Of a stretch of 64,000 nt of DNA, positions 1 through 8,127 are shown one piece after another. Source of the DNA: Opitutia bacterium. GTDB taxonomy: Bacteria > Verrucomicrobiota > Verrucomicrobiia > Opitutales > JABJCN01. The stretch's first letter is position 1. Each line of letters opens with the position of its first letter. The position numbers and the translations under genes were made by a program. The stretch is from the NCBI GenBank assembly GCA_018668635.1, contig JABJCN010000157.1, forward strand, positions 170 to 64,169. The letters run 5' to 3'. Below the pieces are notes generated by a model that saw nothing but the letters and a program-made list of their open reading frames with translations, was not told the DNA's origin and made no database searches.

Positions 1-989
1 TTGGAGGTTCCACTGTCAAGGCAGCCCTTGTAGATGAAAATGGACTTTCGACTGGAGCCTTGACCGAGGTCAAGAGTCGAGTGAAAGAGGGGTTTGACGC
101 GACCTTTGAGCAACTGGAAGAAGCCCTTCGCCAGTTGGTTGAAAAAGAAGGAGTCGATATTTCTGCAGTCTGCGGTGCGGGCATGGATGTACCTGCACCC
201 AACTGCGATGGCGTAGTCTGGACCCGTGCAAACCTAGGTGAAGACTGGGTTGGCACCAATGTGCGCGACAAACTATCCGAACGGATCGGCATCCCGGTCT
301 ATATGACCAACGATGGCAATGCTGCAGCTATCGGGGAATTTTCAGTTCGCCCGGATTATGACGGGAGCCTACTGCTTGTAGCACCTGGAACCGGGCTTGG
401 GGGAGGACTCGTGCTACCGAGTGGGAAAATCTATGAAGGCGCAAACGGTCTTTCCCTTGAGGTTGGGCATGTATCTGTTCCCCACCGGGAGGACGACGGA
501 AGCCTTCCTGACTGTTCCTGTGGATTGAAGGGATGCGTGGAGGCATGGGTCTCACTGATGGCATTACGCCGCCGGGTTGCCCTTGAAATCAAGAAGGGGA
601 AATGGGCGGATCATCCGCTTGCCTCCGACAACATCTCCATCATCGACAAGGCCTTCCAGTTGAGGGACTACGCTGAAAGAGACGACGAAATGGCTGTCAG
701 CATTTTTCAACAGCAGGGCCAGATCCTTGGCTACGCACTGGGTGACCTGGTCCGGGTGTTTGATCCCGGCCTGGTGGTTATCGGAGGCGGCCTTGCTGAC
801 ACCGGGGAGAATTTTCGCAACCGCTACATGGGTTGGGTCCAGGAAGGCTTCATTGAGCGTGCCTGGTCGGTTTATCGAAACAGTCCGATTGAACCCGAGA
901 AGGTCACCACCAGTTTTGAGTGGGCCTCCGGGGGAGACTTTTCCGCCGCCCTCGGCATGGGTTTTGTTGCCCGGGACCTTTTTGGTTGA
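1..989 (+). CDS. ROK family sugar kinase/regulator, 5'-partial (runs off left edge)
   Basis: Frame 3 is open from nt 3 and reads GGSTVKAALVDENG, the ROK/ASKHA N-terminal nucleotide-binding loop. CSCGLKGCVEAWVS matches the ROK CxCGxxGCxE zinc motif, and APGTGLGGG is a glycine loop. The track ORF 60..989 is only an internal TTG start. Confidence 0.8.
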   Translation, partial: GGSTVKAALVDENGLSTGALTEVKSRVKEGFDATFEQLEEALRQLVEKEGVDISAVCGAGMDVPAPNCDGVVWTRANLGEDWVGTNVRDKLSERIGIPVYMTNDGNAAAIGEFSVRPDYDGSLLLVAPGTGLGGGLVLPSGKIYEGANGLSLEVGHVSVPHREDDGSLPDCSCGLKGCVEAWVSLMALRRRVALEIKKGKWADHPLASDNISIIDKAFQLRDYAERDDEMAVSIFQQQGQILGYALGDLVRVFDPGLVVIGGGLADTGENFRNRYMGWVQEGFIERAWSVYRNSPIEPEKVTTSFEWASGGDFSAALGMGFVARDLFG

Positions 990-991
990 GA

Positions 992-2779
992 CTAGACGAT
1001 TGGTGGTTGTACTGGGGGGGGCATCCTTGGCGTGCGGGTTCGCTTTCCGTTGAGCAGGGTGCCGACCAAGTTGTACCGGACCACAAATTCATAGATCAAA
1101 AGCAAAGGGAGTGTTGTGGCTACACACGCAATCAAGAATTTCAGAATAGTTGGCATGCTCCAGGTACTGATCAAAGCCTGGATGAACATGATCACCGGTA
1201 GATGCATGATGTACAGCCAGTATGAGGAGTCGGAGATGTAACGGATGCGAGGATTTTCACCGGAAAAGAAGGCGCGAAAGAAACCAATGAACCCGAAGAT
1301 CATCAGCCAGGCGTAGGCAACAGAACAGGCAGCCAACAAAGCGCCGTTGTCCTGGTTCCTGACAAGGCACAAGCCTGCAAGCAATAGGGGCACTGCAAGA
1401 ACAAAGCTAATCGGCCATAGTTTTCCTGTTTGGGTTTCAAATGATTTGCGGCCGTAACAGAGTGCCCCGAAGAAAAAGAAGACGGCATAATAAATAAGAA
1501 TGGGCGGCCAGGGGAGAAAACCGGTCGCAGTGTCAGGGCCGAAACTGTCCTTCATGAGCAACTGCGCCAGAAAGGTAACCGGTAGCAACCAAATTAAGCG
1601 CAGGGGCGAAGTAACCAACCAGTCAGATAACGGCTTTAATTTCATTTTGCCCAGCAACCACGTGATTAAAATGAATCCTGCCATCAACCAGACCAGGTAA
1701 TAAAGGAACCAGAGATGGTGGAAGATGGGCGCGAAAAATATTAGCATCACCAATCCGACAATATCACCTTCGCCTTCTTTCGCTCCCTTTTCCTTGAGTA
1801 TTGCTGCGATTTTCGGACGGGTTTCCCGGATGCGTTTGTAATCCAGTTTATGTCCGGTAGGGCCCAGGATTCCACCCACGATATCGTAAATGAATTTAAT
1901 CTCTTTCCACGGGGTTTGTACCACATCCAAAGCGGTTGCTCCATCATTATTCCTGATGTCGGGGTTCGCTCCTGCATCCAATAGTGCCTCGACAATTTCA
2001 GGATGGGCAAAGAACGAGGCAATCAATAGAGTCGTTGAACCATCCTTGTTTTTCAAATCCAGGTCCGCACCGGCCTCAATCAATGCCTTGGCGACCTCCA
2101 CCCGACCGAATGTGATTGCGCTCATGAGTGGGGTGGATTTGTCGGTTCCACGCTGATTAAGGTCCTTGCCTGCCATGATGTGCCGCTCAATCGCCTTGAT
2201 GTCCCCGCGACCCGCGGCCTCACCAATATCACCTGTAACCTGGGGATCATTTCTTGCCTGGGGCTTCGCCTTTTGTTGAACTACCTTGGCGGATTGAGGG
2301 CGCAGTTTCCAAACCTCCTCCTTTTTGGCACCGCCATAAATGCCTGCCGGAATAATGAGTATCCAGATAATGGGCAGGAAGATTGCAAGAGGGAGAAGAA
2401 TCCGCCTGGCACGATGGATAGTCAGTTGTTTCAGTCCACGACTCCTCCAGAGCATGGCCGTGAAAAACCCGCTCACCATAAAAAACAAGGGAAGGCGAAA
2501 CCCGTGAATGGCATGCAACATAAATTCGTATGGACTGTAGGTCGTTGGTGCATCTATTCCGGCTTTTCCAAGGGTTGCTGTCAGCGAGGTGGGCACGTCA
2601 ATCACAGGTTGATACAAATCCTGCGCCGGCCAGATTGGCACGGGAAAAAACGAAAGCGCTCCATGCAATACAATGCCAAGCAGCATTGCGAAAGCCCGGA
2701 GGGCATCCATGTCATGGTAACGTTTCTTAGGGGAGGACAAGGCTTTTAAGGAACCGTTTGTTTTTCCATCTGACGCCAT
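992..2779 (-). CDS. Acyltransferase family 3 (OafA/OpgC-like) membrane protein with an inserted ankyrin-repeat module
   Basis: The N-terminus MDALRAFAMLLGIVLHGALSF and about 10 hydrophobic segments are typical of acyltransferase_3. The soluble insert at aa 151-340 carries ANK repeats (TPLMSAITFGRVEVAKALIEAGADLDLKNKDGSTTLLIASFFAHPEIVEALLDAGANPDIRNNDGATALD). The stop lies 2 nt from the convergent ROK stop. Confidence 0.75.
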   Translation of the reverse strand: MASDGKTNGSLKALSSPKKRYHDMDALRAFAMLLGIVLHGALSFFPVPIWPAQDLYQPVIDVPTSLTATLGKAGIDAPTTYSPYEFMLHAIHGFRLPLFFMVSGFFTAMLWRSRGLKQLTIHRARRILLPLAIFLPIIWILIIPAGIYGGAKKEEVWKLRPQSAKVVQQKAKPQARNDPQVTGDIGEAAGRGDIKAIERHIMAGKDLNQRGTDKSTPLMSAITFGRVEVAKALIEAGADLDLKNKDGSTTLLIASFFAHPEIVEALLDAGANPDIRNNDGATALDVVQTPWKEIKFIYDIVGGILGPTGHKLDYKRIRETRPKIAAILKEKGAKEGEGDIVGLVMLIFFAPIFHHLWFLYYLVWLMAGFILITWLLGKMKLKPLSDWLVTSPLRLIWLLPVTFLAQLLMKDSFGPDTATGFLPWPPILIYYAVFFFFGALCYGRKSFETQTGKLWPISFVLAVPLLLAGLCLVRNQDNGALLAACSVAYAWLMIFGFIGFFRAFFSGENPRIRYISDSSYWLYIMHLPVIMFIQALISTWSMPTILKFLIACVATTLPLLLIYEFVVRYNLVGTLLNGKRTRTPRMPPPVQPPIV

Positions 2780-2838
2780 TCAGGTTGGTTGACGTTTGCT
2801 CAATTGGATATGCGTCAAAAGGAGCCCATGGGTTACAG

Positions 2839-4236
2839 TCACTTTAGAAAAAACTTTCGTTTCTTTTCCTGTAACAGGGTTCGTAAATGCTCAAGCTGAT
2901 CCTTGTGTCTGGAAGACCTTGCAAGGTTCGTGAACTGTTGGGGATCTGCCTGCATGTCATAAAGTTCCTCGGACTTCCCGTTGTAGCGTGCGTAGTGCCA
3001 TCCGGGTGTGCGGATGGATAGGCCACGGCTCACGAAGGAGAGGGCTCCATCCTTGATGATTGATGTCGGGTCGTCAAACACAGGCATCAGGCTTTTGCCC
3101 TGTACATCCTCGGGGATTTCCAGGCCCGCGAGGGCGGCGAGAGTGGGGAATATGTCCATGAGCTCTACGATGGAGCGTGATTTCCCCGGCTTTTTGCCTG
3201 GTACTGAAAGAACAAGTGGCACCCGGGTGACTTCCTCATGAAGGTTCCCTTTCTGCCAGAAGGTGTGTTCACCGAGATGGTAGCCGTGGTCACTGGTAAA
3301 GATGACTGCAGTGCTCCTGCTGAGTCCCAATCGGTCCAGTTCATCCAGGATGCGTCCAACCTGTTTGTCCATGAACTCAACCGAGGCATAGTAACCGCTC
3401 CACATCCGTTTCTGGTTGTCGGGGTACATGCCGATGGGGTTCTTGGCGTTGCGGGTGCCGGCCAGCCCCTCCGCAGGGATGTCCTCAAGGTCATTGGAAG
3501 GCACATGTGGAAGCCGGATTTTTTCCCATGGGTAGTGTTCAAACAAGGGCTTGGGGGCGACCATCGGGTAGTGTGGGCGGACAAATCCTGCGGCGAGGAA
3601 GAAAGGCTTGTCCTTGTGCTCCTGCAGCAACGCAATGGTTTTTGTGGCCGTCTTGTAGTCGGGCTGTCCGGAACCGTCGCTGTCCGTCTCCACCGTAACG
3701 AACATTCTGTGCTTCATCTTTGTGGACTGCCGACCTGCCTGCGCACGTTTAAAGTCATTGAGGTTCAGACAGGCATAGTTGCCCGGCGTGTGGGCCTCCA
3801 TTCCCTGGGAATTGAATCTTTCCGTCCAGGATGGCGGGTGGTCAACACCATTCGTCCCGGCGATGATGTCCCCGGGGACGCGCATGTGATAAATTTTTCC
3901 GACGCGTGCTGTATACCAGCCGTTCTCCTTGAAATGCTGGGCCATGCTGGAGCCTTTCTGCCCCTTGTAGCGGCTGAACATGAACGATTGCCGGGAGGGA
4001 CCGCAGACTGTTCCCTGGCAATAGGCTCGGTCAAACAGCATCCCTTGCTTGGCAAGTTTGTCAATGTTGGGCGTCCGGCAGAACTTGTCACCGTAGCAAC
4101 TGAGCACGCTCGCCTTCAGGTCGTCAGAGACCAGGAACAATACATTGCGGATTGTCGTGGCATTGCAAAACCCGGTGACCAAAAGAAAAAACAGTGTAAT
4201 TCTCATGGTGGAAACCCTTAGCACCGGTGCAGGCAT
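2839..4236 (-). CDS. Sulfatase (Cys-type, iduronate/arylsulfatase-like)
   Basis: LFLVSDDL metal-binding start, CGPSR (CxPxR formylglycine motif), and FTSDHGYHLGEH. The signal peptide MRITLFFLLVTGFC suggests the true start is the ATG at 4206. Confidence 0.85.
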   Translation of the reverse strand: MPAPVLRVSTMRITLFFLLVTGFCNATTIRNVLFLVSDDLKASVLSCYGDKFCRTPNIDKLAKQGMLFDRAYCQGTVCGPSRQSFMFSRYKGQKGSSMAQHFKENGWYTARVGKIYHMRVPGDIIAGTNGVDHPPSWTERFNSQGMEAHTPGNYACLNLNDFKRAQAGRQSTKMKHRMFVTVETDSDGSGQPDYKTATKTIALLQEHKDKPFFLAAGFVRPHYPMVAPKPLFEHYPWEKIRLPHVPSNDLEDIPAEGLAGTRNAKNPIGMYPDNQKRMWSGYYASVEFMDKQVGRILDELDRLGLSRSTAVIFTSDHGYHLGEHTFWQKGNLHEEVTRVPLVLSVPGKKPGKSRSIVELMDIFPTLAALAGLEIPEDVQGKSLMPVFDDPTSIIKDGALSFVSRGLSIRTPGWHYARYNGKSEELYDMQADPQQFTNLARSSRHKDQLEHLRTLLQEKKRKFFLK

Positions 4237-4318
4237 AATGGCAATTGGAATTTACAGTACAGAATAACTGCTCAAAGATTTGGACAATCCTGACATTTTT
4301 CTCAAGTTTGATTGCCGT

Positions 4319-5755
4319 ATGAAAATCTTGGTTCTCGTTTCGACTCTGTTAATTTGTTTTAAAACGTTCGCATCAGCGAAGCCCAACTTTGTTTTCCTGC
4401 TGGGGGACGATATCAATCGCGACCACATTGGTTGCTACGGTAGCGTTGATGTTCCGACTCCCCATATTGACAAGCTGGCGGCTGACGGTGTGAAGTTTAA
4501 CAAGGCCTATACTTCGGTCGCCATGTGTGCCCCATTTCGACAGGAGCTCTACAGTGGACGTACTGCCTGGCGTACCAAGGCCTTCCTCAATCACACAAAC
4601 TCAATCCCTTCAACCCAGAGCCTGCCACAATATCTCAAGCCTCTTGGCTATCGGGTGGCTCTGGCCGGCAAGACGCATATTGGTCCGAGTACTTCCTATC
4701 CTTTTGAATATCTCGGCGGCAACCCGAACAGCCAACTCTTCGACAAGACCAAGGAATTCATTGAATCCTGCCGCAAACAAGACAAGCCGTTCTGCGTGTT
4801 TGTCGCCTCCCATGACGCTCATTCTCCATATACCACGGGGGATCGCTCTCTTTTCGATTCCAGAAAGCTCACCATTCCACCCTACTGGATTGATACTCCG
4901 GAACTACGCCAAGCCCTCGTGCCGTACTATGCAGAGGTAAACCACTTCGATGCCTTCGCCGGTCAAATACGAGCCTTCCTTGATGATTCCGGATTGGCGA
5001 AGAACACAATATTTTTCGTCTGCACCGAGCAGGGTTCCGCCTTCCCCTTCGCCAAGTGGACATGTTTCGACAACGGCCTCCACACAGGGTTGGTTGCCTA
5101 TGGTCCGGGCATCGTGCCAAAGGGACACGTCTCGGAGGAATTGTTTTGGCTCTGTGACTTGGCTCCCACCATGATCGAGGCCGCCGGGGGCAAAATAAAG
5201 AAAGGGTTCTTTGATGGCCGCAGTCAATACGCGAACCTTACCGGTAAGCCTACCAAGGTGCATGATTTTGTGATCGGACAATTCAGCAACAAGGGAATCA
5301 TCGACAATCGGGAACGAATCTATCCGGTTCGTTGTATTCGGGATGGTCGCTATTCCCTTGTCTGGTCGCCCAATTACAAGGAGATTACTTCAAATGTCAC
5401 TCTCACAAGGGCACTCGCCTTGCTGAAGTCCGAAACGCCAAGGGCAACCAGAACGGGCAGGGCAGACCCAATCTCTTCCTGGGTCCAGACCACTAAGGGG
5501 AAGCCGCTTGATAACCCTCTGGTCAAGAAACTTCACCATCGCCCTGAATACGCCTTGTACGACTTGGTGAAGGACCCGTATGAACTCAATAACCTTACCG
5601 ACGTCAAGGCCCACAAGGAAACCTTCAACAGGCTTCGCGGAAAACTTCATGAATGGCTCAAGGAACATGACGATGCTGATCCCATCGCGACCGAGAAGGT
5701 AATTACAACAAACAAGTCAAACTCGGGAAAGAAATCCAGAAAGCCCAAGAATTGA
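4319..5755 (+). CDS. Sulfatase (Cys-type)
   Basis: FVFLLGDD, MCAPFRQELYSGR (CxPxR), ASHDAHSPY. The ATG at 4319 gives the signal peptide MKILVLVSTLLICFKTFASA; the track ORF begins at a TTG at 4280. Confidence 0.85.
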   Translation: MKILVLVSTLLICFKTFASAKPNFVFLLGDDINRDHIGCYGSVDVPTPHIDKLAADGVKFNKAYTSVAMCAPFRQELYSGRTAWRTKAFLNHTNSIPSTQSLPQYLKPLGYRVALAGKTHIGPSTSYPFEYLGGNPNSQLFDKTKEFIESCRKQDKPFCVFVASHDAHSPYTTGDRSLFDSRKLTIPPYWIDTPELRQALVPYYAEVNHFDAFAGQIRAFLDDSGLAKNTIFFVCTEQGSAFPFAKWTCFDNGLHTGLVAYGPGIVPKGHVSEELFWLCDLAPTMIEAAGGKIKKGFFDGRSQYANLTGKPTKVHDFVIGQFSNKGIIDNRERIYPVRCIRDGRYSLVWSPNYKEITSNVTLTRALALLKSETPRATRTGRADPISSWVQTTKGKPLDNPLVKKLHHRPEYALYDLVKDPYELNNLTDVKAHKETFNRLRGKLHEWLKEHDDADPIATEKVITTNKSNSGKKSRKPKN

Positions 5756-5789
5756 TTCAGGTTTTGGTTTTCTACCATTGTTTAAAATG

Positions 5790-6673
5790 TCATCGCAACG
5801 TCTTTTGGAGCATATCTAGAATCAGTTTGCTACGTTCTTTGTCGCGATACTGGGGGCCACCGTGACCGGCTCCCTCAATAAGTTGGTAGGTGGCATCCAG
5901 ACCTGCCTTGTCGTAGCGGGCCTTGAGGCGTTCCCCGTGGAGGGGCTTGACGAGTGATTTGTCTGCCGTTCCGTAGAGCAAAATGACGGGAGGGTCGTCT
6001 TTCGTTACATGGGCCGTGGAGCTGGCCAGTTTGGCCATGTCGAGGCGTTCACTAGGTTTGCCCCCTAGCAGTTGATAAAGTGGGCAGTTGGGCTGGTCGC
6101 AACGTTCTTTCTCGACAGTGGCGTTGTAATAGAGATCGGTCGGGCAAAACATGCCGAGGACCGACTGCACGCGACTGGACTGGTCGAGGTTGCCTCCGAT
6201 TGTTCCTTCGAGGGCTTTGATTTCCCCACTGGTTCCCACGAGGGTGGAGAGCAGACCACCGGCGGAGGCGCCCGCGGCGCAGATGCGTTCCGCGTTGATT
6301 CCTAATTTGTCGGCATTGGCCCGCAACCAGCGGATGGCGCCTTTGCAGTCATGCGCGAGGGCGGGAAACTTGGCCTGCCCGCTGAGGCGGTAGTCCACAC
6401 TGGCCACCGCGTAGCCGTGGTGGGTCAGCCAACCGACATGGCAGGTCTTCTTTGATCCACTGCGCCAGGATCCCCCATGAAAAAACACCACTAATTCGGG
6501 TTTTCTGTCCGTTTTTTTGCTGGCATCAACAGGTCCAGTTTCAAGGAGATACCGTCAACCTTGGCGTATTCAAGGTCGAACCGGGAATTGGGATTCTTGG
6601 CCTTCTTCTTTTGAGCGAGTATAAGAATGGGAAGGCAAAGGAAAAGCCAAGGAATGAGCAGGCGTCTATTCAT
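5790..6673 (-). pseudogene. Secreted alpha/beta hydrolase (esterase/lipase type) split by a frameshift in an A7 tract
   Basis: ORF 6491..6673 encodes the signal peptide and ends ...KLDLLMPAKKRTENPN*. ORF 5790..6491 starts VVFFHGGSWRSGSK (HGG oxyanion motif) and carries GASAGG (GxSxG), GTADKS and GAGHGG. Adding one A to the A7 run (T7 on the plus strand, 6512..6518) gives a continuous ...LMPAKKTDRKPELVVFFHGGSW... Confidence 0.7.
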
Positions 6674-8127
6674 TTCATTTTATGGAGTTCGGATAGCATC
6701 TCAAGAAGATTGCGTTTAAGGATTTCGGACCCGTCCTTCTGGACCTTGCTTGTCCCCAGCCATGTCTCATAGCCGCCGAGTTTGTGGTGCTTGGGCGTCG
6801 GTAGGTAACCGTAGGAACCATTTGCCAATTCGATCACGAAGGTGCGCTTGAAGGGGCTCGCTTTCTTTATTTCGAGCCCTGTCTCTACAAAAGTCTCGAA
6901 AGGAAAGGAGACAATCACCTGTTCGCCTATACGAATGACCTGCACCAGACAGTTGGCTTTTCCTTCGCGCTTTGCCTGAGACAGGACGCGACGGGCGTAA
7001 CTGGTGGCCAGGCGTGGCAACTTGTATTGTTCATCAGGCGACATGGCCAGAATTTGCTTGGAGCGAAGTATTAGGGCATCCGATGGCCTGCGCCATTCGA
7101 GATGTACCTCGCGCTGCAACATGGCCACGGGAGCATCCGCCCGATATTCATTAATTCCCTTACTGGCCCGCCATGAGGCGTCGGCCACCTTGGCTGCCAC
7201 AATGCGGCATTGTTCGAAGGGTTGGCGGGGAGCGCGTGTGCCGTGAAAATCGATGTTGTTGATGTCTCCGGAAGTTCCATTGGAGAGCATGGCTACGAAA
7301 TTTTGCGAGGACATGGCCCTTAGGCGCCACGGCATGATGCGGGCGAATTCGCCGAAATAATCAGCCGACACTTGTCGTTCACCGATATTTATTGCTCCAA
7401 CATAATGAAGCGAGTAGTTGGCCAGCAGACCAAGAGGCTTCTTTGTTCGGGTTCGCAGGTCGACGATACATACCTCCGGATCGGTTGGCCCGGCTGGTTT
7501 GACGATGTGCTTTCGGTCGGGGTTCATTTTTACCTTGTCCAGTTCACCAAAAGGATTGAGAGGCATGGTGCCTTCCTTTAGGTGCCATCGTCGGTTGAAC
7601 ACTTCGTCCGGCACATTGTCGGACCCAAAACCAACAAGTGCGGGTTGGAGCGACGCAATGGCCTGCTCAATGGCTTCCACAATGCTGTCGATCAATCGTT
7701 TGCCGAAGGCGACCTGGGGAGCCGAACCCTCCGCACGACTGGATGGAGCCGAGTGGGTGTGGGTGGCTGCGATCAACATTTGGTCCGTTCGCCAACCGGT
7801 GACCTTGGCTGCACGCTTCTTGGCATCATCCAGCACATCGCGGGATATGCCAAGTAAGTCAACGATCACTATGACTGCCCGACCATTACCATTTTCGAAT
7901 GCGAGGGCTCTTACGTGAAGTGGATCGTGAGCGCTTTTTGCGGGTTTGGGAAAGAACGACCCACGTAGGGTAAGTGGCCACTCCTGAGGTGTAATGTCAA
8001 TTGCCGCGGTTCCTCCTCGCAAGCCTGGTTCAGCGGCAGATACGGCGGATAGGAGATGAAGTCCGAGGATATGGCAGCTCACACAATGGCATAATACCTT
8101 CATGGTCATCTTGAAGTTGCCGGTCAA
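6670..8127 (-). CDS. Neutral/alkaline ceramidase N-terminal-domain-like hydrolase (secreted)
   Basis: GTAAIDITPQEWPL near the N-terminus and IAATHTHSAPS resemble the ceramidase-like family. The start is ambiguous: TTG 8127, or ATG 8109/8103, which gives a signal peptide. The stop overlaps the esterase ATG (ATGA at 6670..6673). Confidence 0.5.
   Translation of the reverse strand: MTGNFKMTMKVLCHCVSCHILGLHLLSAVSAAEPGLRGGTAAIDITPQEWPLTLRGSFFPKPAKSAHDPLHVRALAFENGNGRAVIVIVDLLGISRDVLDDAKKRAAKVTGWRTDQMLIAATHTHSAPSSRAEGSAPQVAFGKRLIDSIVEAIEQAIASLQPALVGFGSDNVPDEVFNRRWHLKEGTMPLNPFGELDKVKMNPDRKHIVKPAGPTDPEVCIVDLRTRTKKPLGLLANYSLHYVGAINIGERQVSADYFGEFARIMPWRLRAMSSQNFVAMLSNGTSGDINNIDFHGTRAPRQPFEQCRIVAAKVADASWRASKGINEYRADAPVAMLQREVHLEWRRPSDALILRSKQILAMSPDEQYKLPRLATSYARRVLSQAKREGKANCLVQVIRIGEQVIVSFPFETFVETGLEIKKASPFKRTFVIELANGSYGYLPTPKHHKLGGYETWLGTSKVQKDGSEILKRNLLEMLSELHKMK

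Noticed and set aside
3238-4221. Other large shadow ORFs: 3238..4221 +, 9729..10394 +, 10178..10777 +, 19569..20426 -, 23695..24390 -, 25345..26001 -, 27021..27713 -, 52531..53331 -, 57394..58119 -, 58675..59361 +
   Set aside because: Each is fully contained in, or opposite to, a confidently assigned gene (sulfatase, propeller, ThuA fusion, Gfo/Idh/MocA, giant gene, DUF1501, PSD1). None has a recognisable motif.
6491-6520. Programmed -1 ribosomal frameshifting as the primary explanation of the split esterase
   Set aside because: The slippery heptamer is perfect, but I see no obvious downstream stimulatory hairpin or pseudoknot. Homopolymer miscalls and real indels are far more common. It is reported as a finding with all three explanations left open.
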